Below, piece by piece: positions 18,607 to 27,198 of a DNA stretch of 35,077 nucleotides. This DNA is from Lachnospiraceae bacterium (GTDB taxonomy: Bacteria; Bacillota; Clostridia; Lachnospirales; Lachnospiraceae). Positions within the stretch are counted from its first letter, which is position 1. Each line of letters opens with the position of its first letter. A program made the translations under genes and the position numbers. The notes under the pieces were generated by a model that saw nothing but the letters and a program-made list of their open reading frames with translations, searched no databases and was not told the origin of the DNA. The stretch lies in the NCBI GenBank assembly GCA_016280355.1, contig JAEEGO010000013.1, forward strand, positions 1 through 35,077. The letters are read 5' to 3'.

Positions 18607-18777
18607 ATGGCTCACGTTATCAATGATTCTTGCATCAGCTGTGGCGCATGTGCTGCACAGTGCCCTGTAAATGCTATCTCTGAGGGAGACGGCAAATTCG
18701 AAGTTGATGCTGCTACATGCATCGATTGCGGTGCCTGCGAAGCAGGCTGCCCTGTAGGCGCTATCGTAACAGAGTAA
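18607..18777 (+). CDS. fdx: clostridial-type 2[4Fe-4S] ferredoxin (56 aa)
   Basis: Below the ORF-track cutoff. MAHVINDSCISCGACAAQCPVNAISEGDGKFEVDAATCIDCGACEAGCPVGAIVTE has two CxxCxxCxxxCP motifs. SD AAAGGAGG. Confidence 0.97.
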   Translation: MAHVINDSCISCGACAAQCPVNAISEGDGKFEVDAATCIDCGACEAGCPVGAIVTE

Positions 18778-18791
18778 AGCTTATCGACAAC

Positions 18792-18831
18792 AAAAGACCC
18801 CTGAGCCCGTACCGGGATCAGGGGTCTTTTT
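18792..18831. terminator. bidirectional intrinsic terminator
   Basis: AAAAGACCCCTGA...TCAGGGGTCTTTTT between the convergent fdx and mecA genes. Confidence 0.9.
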
Positions 18832-18842
18832 ATGTGTTCTTA

Positions 18843-19637
18843 TCAGATCAATGCCAGCTTCTCAAGAGCATGTTCTGCCACGATTATCTCATAGTGTTCT
18901 CTGATCCTGCCCTCTGCAGCTGTCGTACATTCCTCCATGTGTCCGTACTCTGTTATGATATTGCATACCTTGTTAAAGGTTTCCGGACTGTGCTCGGATT
19001 TCCTTATCACAAGATAATACTTTCCTTCCTCAGGATTCTTGTACAGGGCATTCTCACCGTTGTATATACCCTTCAATATCTTGGCTACACGTATCACCTT
19101 GTCCAGATCATCAAAGGAATAGAGCTTTGTGAGGTCCACCTGGATCGTGATCTTTACTTCCTTGGACTGGCCTTTATCGGCTATTCCCAAAGACTTGCTG
19201 GCAGTGATGCTGTCGCCTGAGTCATTGGCTACAAGGTTTGCCTCTGCCTCCTGTACCTGTTCCTTCAGCTTGCGGAAGAGATCTATGATATCATCCGCAT
19301 TTCCGGGATCTCTCCTCTTGCTGCCCTCAGGCTGATCTCCCTCTCCGATAAGCGGCGCAAACTTTGAAAACCTCGTGTCGAGCTCCTCCGGATCCTCCAC
19401 CTTGGTTATGATGAGTACTATCGCCTCGTTTGAAAGAGGGATCGCCTCTATCATAAGAGGGATATCCTCCACCTCAAATCCAAAGCGGCTCTCGGCTTCA
19501 CGCATCATATCCCTGAAGAGATTTTTAGCCTTGTCTGTACCGTAAGCAAGCTCACTCATCTTCAGATTTCTGGAGCTGAGGTCATTTTTCGTAAGTGTAC
19601 ATCTTATCTGTCTTTCGTTTACTTTCTCTATCTTCAT
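18843..19637 (-). CDS. mecA: ClpC adaptor protein MecA
   Basis: MKIEKVNERQIRCTLT..DL..R at the start and F..LD.......LYK......YYL...EYG......I.EH at the end. ATG 19637 follows GGGGGA. Confidence 0.9.
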   Translation of the reverse strand: MKIEKVNERQIRCTLTKNDLSSRNLKMSELAYGTDKAKNLFRDMMREAESRFGFEVEDIPLMIEAIPLSNEAIVLIITKVEDPEELDTRFSKFAPLIGEGDQPEGSKRRDPGNADDIIDLFRKLKEQVQEAEANLVANDSGDSITASKSLGIADKGQSKEVKITIQVDLTKLYSFDDLDKVIRVAKILKGIYNGENALYKNPEEGKYYLVIRKSEHSPETFNKVCNIITEYGHMEECTTAAEGRIREHYEIIVAEHALEKLALI

Positions 19638-19683
19638 CGGTCTGTCCCCCTGACGTATCCCTGCACGGTGTTTCCTGTATTTC

Positions 19684-21042
19684 CTACTGTTCACGCATCA
19701 GGTTTTCAAATTTCGTAAGCTGGGCGATCCATGCAAGTGATACCGTTCCTATGGATCCGTTTCTCTGCTTTGCCACTATGATATCGGCTACGCCCTTTCT
19801 GTCAGAGTCCTCTTTATTGTAATAATCATCTCTATATATAAATAATACCACATCTGCGTCCTGTTCGATAGCACCCGATTCACGAAGATCCGACAGCATG
19901 GGTCTGTGATCGGTTCTCTGCTCTACCGCTCTGGAAAGCTGCGAAAGTGCCAGGACCGGACACTGCAGCTCTCTGGCAAGTGCCTTCAGGCTTCTCGATA
20001 TATCGGATATCTCCTGCTGTCTGGACACCTCTCCGCCGCGGCTGTTCCTTGTACTGCTCATCAGCTGCAGATAGTCTATGATGACCATGTCGAGTCCGTG
20101 TTCAAGCTTATGTCTGCGGCATCTGGATCTCATCTCAGCCACAGTGATCGCTGTATCATCTATTGCCAGATTGGACTGACCTATGACTCCGGCACTCTCT
20201 ATGATGCCCCTCCATTCATCGTCGTTCAGGTTACCTACCCTTATATGAGAAGAATCGACTCTGGACTCCATTGCCAGCAGTCTGTTCACCAGCTGCTCCT
20301 TTGACATCTCAAGCGAAAAGAAGAGGCAGTGGAAATCCTTTTTAAAGCATGCATACTGGGCTATGTTCAGCACGAGAGCCGTTTTGCCCATGGACGGTCT
20401 TGCCGCCACCAGGACCAGGTCTGTCTTCTGGAAGCCTGCCGTCATCTCATCCAGGTCATCAAAGCCTGACGGTATGCCCGTGATCTTTGAATCGGCTTTG
20501 GCCACCTCCTGTATATGCCGCAGGGTGTCCACCACGATTTCCCGGATATTCTTATTCTGCGATCTGCCCTTATTCTGGACCAGATCGAAGATCTTCTTCT
20601 CCGTATCCTGCAGGATGCCTTCTGCTTCGCCCTCGCCTTTATAGCACTCATTTTCTATATCGGCATTTACTCTTATCACCGATCGCAGGATCGCCTTGTC
20701 CCTGACTATCTGAGCGTAATGCCTGACATTTGCTGATGTAGGCACGGCATCCACTATCTCGGCAAGGAACTGCGGGTTGGTGATCTCGCCGGGTGCACCC
20801 TTCTCTCTGAGCTTCTCCTGGAGTGTCACCGAATCGGCAGGCTTCTGCTCGTTAAAAAGCTCCACGATGGCTTCAAAGAGCAGCCCGTACCTCTCTTCGT
20901 AAAAATCGCTCCTCTCCAAAAGCTCAGTGGCTATGAGTATAGCCTCCTTCGTGTCATCAAGGATCATGGATCCTATGACCGAACGTTCAGCTTCGGAAGA
21001 ATGCGGCGGTATTCTTTTTATCGTATGTTCATCGCCCTGCAT
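19684..21042 (-). CDS. dnaB: replicative DNA helicase (DnaB family; DnaC in Bacillus nomenclature)
   Basis: AARPSMGKT, FSLEM, IIDYLQL, LSQLSR and SDLRESGAIEQDAD. No intein. Confidence 0.98.
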   Translation of the reverse strand: MQGDEHTIKRIPPHSSEAERSVIGSMILDDTKEAILIATELLERSDFYEERYGLLFEAIVELFNEQKPADSVTLQEKLREKGAPGEITNPQFLAEIVDAVPTSANVRHYAQIVRDKAILRSVIRVNADIENECYKGEGEAEGILQDTEKKIFDLVQNKGRSQNKNIREIVVDTLRHIQEVAKADSKITGIPSGFDDLDEMTAGFQKTDLVLVAARPSMGKTALVLNIAQYACFKKDFHCLFFSLEMSKEQLVNRLLAMESRVDSSHIRVGNLNDDEWRGIIESAGVIGQSNLAIDDTAITVAEMRSRCRRHKLEHGLDMVIIDYLQLMSSTRNSRGGEVSRQQEISDISRSLKALARELQCPVLALSQLSRAVEQRTDHRPMLSDLRESGAIEQDADVVLFIYRDDYYNKEDSDRKGVADIIVAKQRNGSIGTVSLAWIAQLTKFENLMREQ

Positions 21043-21048
21043 ATCACC

Positions 21049-21498
21049 TTATTCTTCAGGCAGGACATCTACCGTAAGGACAGCCGTCACATCGGGATGC
21101 AGTTTCACGTTCACCTTGTATGTTCCGAGGTTTTTAAGTGCATCGGGAAGTACCAGCTTCTTTTTATCAAGCTCTATTCCGTTCTGCTTCTTCATCTCAG
21201 CCGCTATCTCCTTCGAAGATACCGAGCCGAAGACCTTACCGTCTTTTCCGCTCTTCACCTTGCATGTGAGCTTAGAAGCCTCTATTTTTGCAGCCAGCTC
21301 TTTGGCCTCTGCAAGCTTTTCCGCAGCGATCTTTGCTTCGTGAGCCTTCCTCAGTTTCACGTCGTTCAGATTCTTGCTGTCAGCCGGGACTCCCAGATTC
21401 TTTGTGAAAAGAAAATTCCTGGCATAGCCCTCCTTCACTTCCACTATATCGTCCTTCTTACCGAGGGACTTCACATCCTCCAACAATATGACTTTCAT
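21049..21498 (-). CDS. rplI: 50S ribosomal protein L9
   Basis: MKVILLEDVKSLGKK...V.EGYARNFL and FGSV. Confidence 0.98.
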   Translation of the reverse strand: MKVILLEDVKSLGKKDDIVEVKEGYARNFLFTKNLGVPADSKNLNDVKLRKAHEAKIAAEKLAEAKELAAKIEASKLTCKVKSGKDGKVFGSVSSKEIAAEMKKQNGIELDKKKLVLPDALKNLGTYKVNVKLHPDVTAVLTVDVLPEE

Positions 21499-23558
21499 TA
21501 TGCCAGTGCTCCTTCCTTTTCCATATCATCTATTATCTGTTCGAGTTTTTCCTTTGCTCCTTCGAGAGTAACATCCGAAAGCTGTGCTCCTGCAATGTTC
21601 ATATGGCCACCGCCTCCTAATCTCTCCATTATCATCTGCACGTTGACCTCATCTATGGACCTTGCGGATATATATATCCTGCCCTGATACTCCGTGAGTA
21701 CAAAGGATGCCTTCACGGAGTTGATGTTCAAAAGCTCATTTGCCGCCTGCGAGCCCACAACAGTAGGGCTTGCCAGTGTGTTTCCGTCATATGCCGATAC
21801 TGCGTATCTTCCAAGATAAAGCTCTGCACGCTGGACTATCTCAGCTCTCGCCTTATAAGAGTCTATATCGTTTCTAAAGAGCTTCCTGACTCTGGTGATA
21901 TCCGCTCCGGATCTCCTGAGGAAGGCTGCCGCTTCGAAGGTGCGTACACCGGCCTTGGCCATGAAGTTATTTGTATCTATCATGATGCCTGCATACAGGC
22001 TGTCCGCTTCTATGCTCTTGATCCGGATGCTGTCTGATATGTACTGCAGTATCTCAGCGACCATCTCGCAGGCACTTGATGCAAACGGCTCTATATATGA
22101 AAGCGTAGCATTCTCTATAGTCTCCGTACCGACTCTGTGATGGTCGAGGACCACTATTGTCCTCAGCTTTCTGAGCAGCTCGGGACACTCGGTGATGGAC
22201 GGCTTGTTGGTATCCACGACCACAAGGACCGATGTATCGCTGTCCGCCATCTGCAGAGCTTCAGCGCTGGTGACGAACATATCCGGTTCATAATCCGGAT
22301 CCTCCGAAAATGCATCTACGAAAGAGCGTATTGACTGTGTCACCGTGTTGATGACGATATGACATTTCCTGTCCAGCTGTCTGGTAGCCCTGTATATTCC
22401 GACCGCAGCGCCGAATGTATCTATATCCGTGATCTGGTGTCCCATACAGAACACCCTTTCCTTCTGCTCTATAAGCTCACCGAGCGCATGCGCTTTTACT
22501 CTTGCCTTGACTCTGGTGTTCTTCTCTATCTGCTGGCTCTTACCGCCGTAATATGTTGTCTTGTCGGCAGCCTTGACCACCGCCTGATCGCCGCCTCTGC
22601 CTAAAGCCAGATCTATCGCACTCCTTGCATACTCGGCATCATCGGCAAGTGACCGTCCTTCCATTCCAAAGCCCATGGACAGGGTGACCGACATCTCATT
22701 ACCTATTTTGACAGTCTTTACATCTTCCAGGATATCAAACCGGTTCTCAAGCAGCCTGTCAAAGTGTATCCTCTTCATCGTGATGAAGTATCTGTCTTTT
22801 TCCGTATTCTTCACCACGGCATCATAATCGGCAAAATACTTCTTTATCTTTCTGTCTATGAGAGCCGTAAGCAGGGAGCGTCTTACTTCCTCCACGTTCT
22901 CCATTACCTCGTCATAGTTGTCGAGATAGATATAGCCGCATACATTCTTCTGTTCTTCGTTTATCCTCTTGAGGTCATTGACTTCAGTCTCATCAAACAG
23001 GAACACCGTTATCAAAGACCCCGTGAAATTCTCGTCATCGATGATGAGAGATTCACGTCCCATGTTAGCCATGGATGTGCATCTGATGTCAGCTTTGAAG
23101 TCCCTGCCCTCGATGGAGAAGCTCATGGTGATATTTTCTTTTTCCTTCGGGAGTTTGTCTTTTGTAAGCTCCGGGACTATGGATGTGATGGATCTTCCGA
23201 ATGGAACATCCCTGCCGATGAGCAGGCAGAACTCGTTGTTGCACCATATGAACCTGCCGCTGTCGTCGAGCAGTGCGTACGGAAGGGGCAGCCCCTTAAG
23301 CAGACCCTTCTGGACCTGTCCGAAGCTTGTGGCAAAGTTCACCAGATCTCCGGCTATGGTGCTCTTATTCGCAAACCGTATGATCAGGGCGATTATAATA
23401 TAGATGATATCCGCTATAACAGCGATAGCTCCCGCGTCGCGGTTCACAAAGCATATCCCTATGGCTACCAGAGTGAGATATACAGATAAAATGATGGGCC
23501 AGTCAGCATAGAGCCTGAGTGAACCCACGAGTCTTTTTTGCTTAAATCTTTTTTTCAT
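21498..23558 (-). CDS. gdpP: c-di-AMP phosphodiesterase (2TM-PAS-degenerate GGDEF-DHH-DHHA1)
   Basis: Two TM helices, LGRGGDQAVVK, MGH...D.D, DHHR and GGGGH. Lies directly upstream of rplI, as is typical. Confidence 0.95.
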   Translation of the reverse strand: MKKRFKQKRLVGSLRLYADWPIILSVYLTLVAIGICFVNRDAGAIAVIADIIYIIIALIIRFANKSTIAGDLVNFATSFGQVQKGLLKGLPLPYALLDDSGRFIWCNNEFCLLIGRDVPFGRSITSIVPELTKDKLPKEKENITMSFSIEGRDFKADIRCTSMANMGRESLIIDDENFTGSLITVFLFDETEVNDLKRINEEQKNVCGYIYLDNYDEVMENVEEVRRSLLTALIDRKIKKYFADYDAVVKNTEKDRYFITMKRIHFDRLLENRFDILEDVKTVKIGNEMSVTLSMGFGMEGRSLADDAEYARSAIDLALGRGGDQAVVKAADKTTYYGGKSQQIEKNTRVKARVKAHALGELIEQKERVFCMGHQITDIDTFGAAVGIYRATRQLDRKCHIVINTVTQSIRSFVDAFSEDPDYEPDMFVTSAEALQMADSDTSVLVVVDTNKPSITECPELLRKLRTIVVLDHHRVGTETIENATLSYIEPFASSACEMVAEILQYISDSIRIKSIEADSLYAGIMIDTNNFMAKAGVRTFEAAAFLRRSGADITRVRKLFRNDIDSYKARAEIVQRAELYLGRYAVSAYDGNTLASPTVVGSQAANELLNINSVKASFVLTEYQGRIYISARSIDEVNVQMIMERLGGGGHMNIAGAQLSDVTLEGAKEKLEQIIDDMEKEGALA

Positions 23559-23561
23559 TTT

Positions 23562-24329
23562 TCAATAAAATTCCTGAACAAACTTAATTCCGGAAAGATA
23601 GTCCTTTTCCATCTCAATGGATGTTCCCTTGGATCTTTCCATGTCCACCAGCACTCCGTCATCATCATACATCGGATGTACCATGATCTCCACGGAAGAC
23701 ATATCCGGTATATTGCTGCCGTAAAGCCTGAAATCTCTGAAAGACCCGAAATAGTCCGTAACATTTACAGGCATTTTCTTCAGTCTGTCATTATATCTTT
23801 TCTTATAATATCTCTTTATCAGCGGCATCCTGTCATACACATTCCTCGTCAGTCTGACCGAGCGTATGCCGTATGCCGTTATCAGGGGCTCTATCGCCGT
23901 CCATATCGCTCTGTCCGTGTGCACATGATGATGTGAATCAAGGTGCTTGTCGGCAAAGCCGTATTCCAGATACTTTCTTATCTGTGCCTCAGACTCTTTC
24001 CTTGCAGCTGCTATCTCCTCTTTGGTCAGATACAGCCTGGAGTAGGTCTTTTTCGCAAATGCTGCATTGAAGCTGCCGTCTCTGTTGCAGAAGCATCTGA
24101 ATCTTTTTATGTCGTCCGTTAGCGGCCGCCCGCTTGTAAGGTTCAGATGGAGGCCCACACGTTCATGCCAGCCGTTACTGTTCGCAAGCTCCACAGCTTC
24201 ATCTGCATAGTCCATGTTGACCATCAGCGTTGTACTGCTGATGTACCTCATTCGGAAGCACTCGGCTATAGCCGCGTTCACATCCTCCGAAATCCCCAAG
24301 TCATCGGCATTTACTATTATTTTGAGCAT
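23562..24329 (-). CDS. ChbG/HpnK/YdjC-family carbohydrate deacetylase
   Basis: IIVNADDLG, S.TLMVN, GLHLNLT.G.P, HLDSHHHVH and EIMVHP. The start is taken as ATG 24329. Confidence 0.92.
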   Translation of the reverse strand: MLKIIVNADDLGISEDVNAAIAECFRMRYISSTTLMVNMDYADEAVELANSNGWHERVGLHLNLTSGRPLTDDIKRFRCFCNRDGSFNAAFAKKTYSRLYLTKEEIAAARKESEAQIRKYLEYGFADKHLDSHHHVHTDRAIWTAIEPLITAYGIRSVRLTRNVYDRMPLIKRYYKKRYNDRLKKMPVNVTDYFGSFRDFRLYGSNIPDMSSVEIMVHPMYDDDGVLVDMERSKGTSIEMEKDYLSGIKFVQEFY

Positions 24330-24336
24330 ACTGTTT

Positions 24337-24365
24337 ATCTTATACGAAACAGAAAAAAACTTCAA
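24337..24365 (-). promoter_or_regulatory. sigma-A-type promoter giving a probably leaderless deacetylase-gdpP-rplI-dnaB mRNA
   Basis: On the - strand, TTGAAG, 17 nt, TAAGAT, 7 nt, then ATG. No SD. Confidence 0.6.
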
Positions 24366-24371
24366 CCGGAC

Positions 24372-24400
24372 TTGAAAGCAGCCTGTATTTGTGATAAGTT
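24372..24400 (+). promoter_or_regulatory. sigma-A-type promoter for rpsF-ssb-rpsR
   Basis: TTGAAA, a 17-nt spacer ending in TGa, then TAAGTT. Confidence 0.6.
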
Positions 24401-24420
24401 ATTCTTCCGTGATATATCCG

Positions 24421-24470
24421 CCTTGCTCACATGCATAGGGTGTGTGGGCCGGAAAAGACCATAAGGAGGT
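24421..24470 (+). promoter_or_regulatory. S6:S18 ribosomal protein autoregulatory leader
   Basis: The GCUCACAUGC/GUGUGUGGGC hairpin is followed by CCG, and the 5' CCUU can pair with AAGG of the SD. Lies directly upstream of rpsF. Confidence 0.7.
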
Positions 24471-24475
24471 AAATA

Positions 24476-24913
24476 ATGAACAAGTACGAATTGGCCGTTG
24501 CTATCAACGGACAGGCCGAGGATGATGCCAGAAAGGCAGCCCTCGACAAGGTGAGGGGACTCATCACGCGCTTCAAAGGCACCATTACTTCAGAGGATGA
24601 TTGGGGTAAAAGGAGATTTGCCTACGAAGTAAACAAAGTCAAGGAAGGCTACTATGTCTTCATCAAGTTCCAGGCTGAGCCCGAGGCTATAGCCGAGATC
24701 GAACACCGTATCAGGATAGTAGATAATGTATTCAGGTATCTCATCGTTTCCGATGAGAAGGAGCTCTCCGTCAAGCACGAAGAGGAGAAGCCTGCTGAAT
24801 ACGAGGATGAATCTCCTGCTGACAGGACTCCGGCAGCCAGTGCTGCAGAAGCAGATGCACCTGCTGAGGACGCTGAAGCTGATACCGCTGCTGAAGAGAC
24901 AACGGCAGAATAA
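24476..24913 (+). CDS. rpsF: 30S ribosomal protein S6 with acidic C-terminal extension
   Basis: M.KYE...WGKRR.AYE.....EGYY...V.RYLI core plus a ~50-aa E/D/A tail. Confidence 0.97.
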   Translation: MNKYELAVAINGQAEDDARKAALDKVRGLITRFKGTITSEDDWGKRRFAYEVNKVKEGYYVFIKFQAEPEAIAEIEHRIRIVDNVFRYLIVSDEKELSVKHEEEKPAEYEDESPADRTPAASAAEADAPAEDAEADTAAEETTAE

Positions 24914-24950
24914 TTGGTGACACAGGTCACAGAAAGTGTAGGGCAGAATA

Positions 24951-25415
24951 ATGAATAAAGCAATGATAGTGGGGCGCCTTACAAGAGATCCTAACGTGAG
25001 ATACTCACAGGGTGAGAATCAGATGTGCGTAGCACGCTTCACACTGGCAGTAGATCGCAGAAGGGGAAGAAATCAGGACAACGGAGGTCAGACAGCTGAT
25101 TTTATCAGTTGCGTGGCATTCGGCAAGACCGGTGAGTTTGTAGAGAAGTATGCCAGAAAGGGTATGAAGTTCGATGTAGTCGGACGTATCCAGACCGGCA
25201 GCTATCAGGACAAGGACGGCAAGACCGTCTACACTACGGATGTCGTAGTGGAAGAGATCGAGTTCGGAGAAAGCAAGAATGCAGCTCCTGCGAACATGGG
25301 TGATTACAGTGCTCCGTCAGGCGGAAGAGAAGACACGGATCAGGGAGCACAGCCTGTGGACGACGGCTTCATGAATGTTCCGGATGAGATAGACGACGAG
25401 CTTCCGTTCAACTAA
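24951..25415 (+). CDS. ssb: single-stranded DNA-binding protein
   Basis: MNK...VGRLTRDP, FTLAVDR, ADFI.CVAFGK and C-terminal DDELPF. Confidence 0.98.
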   Translation: MNKAMIVGRLTRDPNVRYSQGENQMCVARFTLAVDRRRGRNQDNGGQTADFISCVAFGKTGEFVEKYARKGMKFDVVGRIQTGSYQDKDGKTVYTTDVVVEEIEFGESKNAAPANMGDYSAPSGGREDTDQGAQPVDDGFMNVPDEIDDELPFN

Positions 25416-25437
25416 ACAAGAATAAGGAGATTTTACT

Positions 25438-25698
25438 ATGCCATATATGAAGAATAACGATCATACAGACAGACCCAGAAGAGGTGGAATGCGCAGGAGA
25501 AAGAAGGTTTGCATCTTCTGCGGTAAAGACGGTGAGATAGATTACAAGGATGTAGTACGCCTTAAGAAGTTCATATCCGAGAGGGGCAAGATCCTTCCCA
25601 GACGTGTGACAGGTACATGTGCAAAGCATCAGAGAGCACTGACTGTTGCTATCAAGAGGGCTCGTCATCTTGCACTGCTTCCTTACGTTGTAGAATAA
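25438..25698 (+). CDS. rpsR: 30S ribosomal protein S18 (zinc-binding C+ form)
   Basis: [14 protein letters not shown] and [18 protein letters not shown]...AIKRAR. Confidence 0.98.
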   Translation: MPYMKNNDHTDRPRRGGMRRRKKVCIFCGKDGEIDYKDVVRLKKFISERGKILPRRVTGTCAKHQRALTVAIKRARHLALLPYVVE

Positions 25699-25715
25699 GA
25701 ACAAAAGCCTAAAGC

Positions 25716-25748
25716 AAAACGGCTGTCCGAAACGGACAGCCGTTTTTT
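25716..25748. terminator. bidirectional intrinsic terminator
   Basis: AAAACGGCTGTCCG-aaa-CGGACAGCCGTTTTTT between rpsR and the sirtuin gene. Confidence 0.92.
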
Positions 25749-25754
25749 CATACC

Positions 25755-26504
25755 TTATACCTTTATCGCTCCGAGCACCTCTCCTATCGCTCCGTTTATC
25801 ACAAGATCCGCTCCTGCTTCCCTTCCCGTAATGCCCTTGTTGATCAGTACCAGCTTGTGGCCCCGGTAATAGTCGATAAGCCCTGCCGCGGGATATACCA
25901 CAAGGGATGTACCGCCTATTATGAGCATGTCGGCATTTGTGATAGCCTGTACGGCCTGTTCCATGGTATACATGTCAAGGCCTTCCTCATAGAGCACCAC
26001 ATCGGGCTTCACTATCCCTCCGCAGGCATCGCACACAGGCACACCTTCTGACTGCCTGATGTATTCCATATCAAACTGCTTGTCACAGTCCATGCAGAAA
26101 TTCCGTGTAACTGTCCCGTGAAGCTCATATATCGTCTTCGAACCGGCCTTATGATGCAGCTCATCTATATTCTGTGTGATCACGGCCTTGAGCTTGCCGG
26201 CCTGCTCAAGCTCGGCGAGCTTCAGATGTGCGGCATTGGGCTTGGGATCCATGCCGCTGCCCACCAGAAGGATCTTTTCCTTATAAAACCTGTAGAATTC
26301 CGCGGTATTTCTCATGAAGAAGCTGTGTGAGAGTATGGTCTCCGGCGGATAATCATATTTCTGATTGTACAGTCCGTCCTGACTCCTGAAATCCGGTATG
26401 CCGGATTCTGTAGACACTCCGGCTCCTCCGAAGAAGACTATATTATCCGAGCCGTCCACGAGTTCCTGCAGCTTTGCAACCTTTGCTTCCAGTTCTTTAT
26501 CCAT
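25755..26504 (-). CDS. cobB: NAD-dependent protein deacylase (sirtuin)
   Basis: GAGVSTESGIPDFRS, TQNID.LH, ELHG, two CxxC motifs, KPDVVLY.E and GTSL.VYPAA. Confidence 0.95.
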   Translation of the reverse strand: MDKELEAKVAKLQELVDGSDNIVFFGGAGVSTESGIPDFRSQDGLYNQKYDYPPETILSHSFFMRNTAEFYRFYKEKILLVGSGMDPKPNAAHLKLAELEQAGKLKAVITQNIDELHHKAGSKTIYELHGTVTRNFCMDCDKQFDMEYIRQSEGVPVCDACGGIVKPDVVLYEEGLDMYTMEQAVQAITNADMLIIGGTSLVVYPAAGLIDYYRGHKLVLINKGITGREAGADLVINGAIGEVLGAIKV

Positions 26505-26519
26505 GTCTTTGTCCCCCTT

Positions 26520-26762
26520 TCAGCCGAGCATCGATACTATCAGATCCACCATCTCACCTACATTGGCAAGCTTGCCGACTTCCTTGATGTCGAATTTCAA
26601 ACCGAATTTCTTTTCCATGGCTATGACGAGGTTTATGTGCTCTATCGAGTCCCAATCTTCTATATCCTTAGAGTTGGTCTCATCGACCACCTCGAGATCC
26701 TCATCATCAAAATTATCTCTGAATATTTTTCTGACCTCGTCAAATACTTCTTCCCTTGTCAC
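26520..26762 (-). CDS. acyl carrier protein (accessory, WDS-type)
   Basis: 80-aa acidic protein with a WDSIEH phosphopantetheine site and E..F. Confidence 0.92.
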   Translation of the reverse strand: MTREEVFDEVRKIFRDNFDDEDLEVVDETNSKDIEDWDSIEHINLVIAMEKKFGLKFDIKEVGKLANVGEMVDLIVSMLG

Positions 26763-26777
26763 AGTGATCCTCCCCTG

Positions 26778-27194
26778 TCATTCTCTTACCATTATATCCA
26801 TGCTTCCGCGCAGGACCTTTTCACCCCTGTCGTTTTTCATCGTCACCTTGAGCACTATCATTCCAAATCCGTCATGTTTCTCCGTGACTTCTCCGGTAAC
26901 CTCTATCTTATCGCCGGGAAAGACAGGTTTTGCAAACTTTACATGTATCTCCTTGATAAGCGAACGCTCACCGGGCATATACACGCCTGCAAGTGTAGAC
27001 ATGAAGGATGCCGTGAGCATCCCGTATGCCACCCGTCCGTCATATCCGTGTTCCTTTGCGTACTCCGGATCGGCATGCAGCGGATTGGTATCCCCCGTCA
27101 TCCCCCTGAAAGTATCAAGCATCTCCTCCGTTACGGTTACGGTGAAGCTTTCTTTCTGGCCTGTTGTTATCTCATCATAAGTGTATTTATTCAA
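26778..27194 (-). CDS. MaoC/PhaJ-family hot-dog dehydratase/hydratase
   Basis: F...TGD.NPLH.D..YA, V.YGML, PG and F.KPVF.GD. Confidence 0.92.
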   Translation of the reverse strand: MNKYTYDEITTGQKESFTVTVTEEMLDTFRGMTGDTNPLHADPEYAKEHGYDGRVAYGMLTASFMSTLAGVYMPGERSLIKEIHVKFAKPVFPGDKIEVTGEVTEKHDGFGMIVLKVTMKNDRGEKVLRGSMDIMVRE

Positions 27195-27198
27195 TGCT

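Noticed and set aside
19638-19694. N-terminal extension of MecA in the ORF track
   Set aside because: It overlaps dnaB, and the family start MKIEK with an RBS is at 19637.
24330-25755. Phase-variable invertible segment around rpsF-ssb-rpsR
   Set aside because: I found no matching inverted repeats at the two ends and no recombinase gene in the window.
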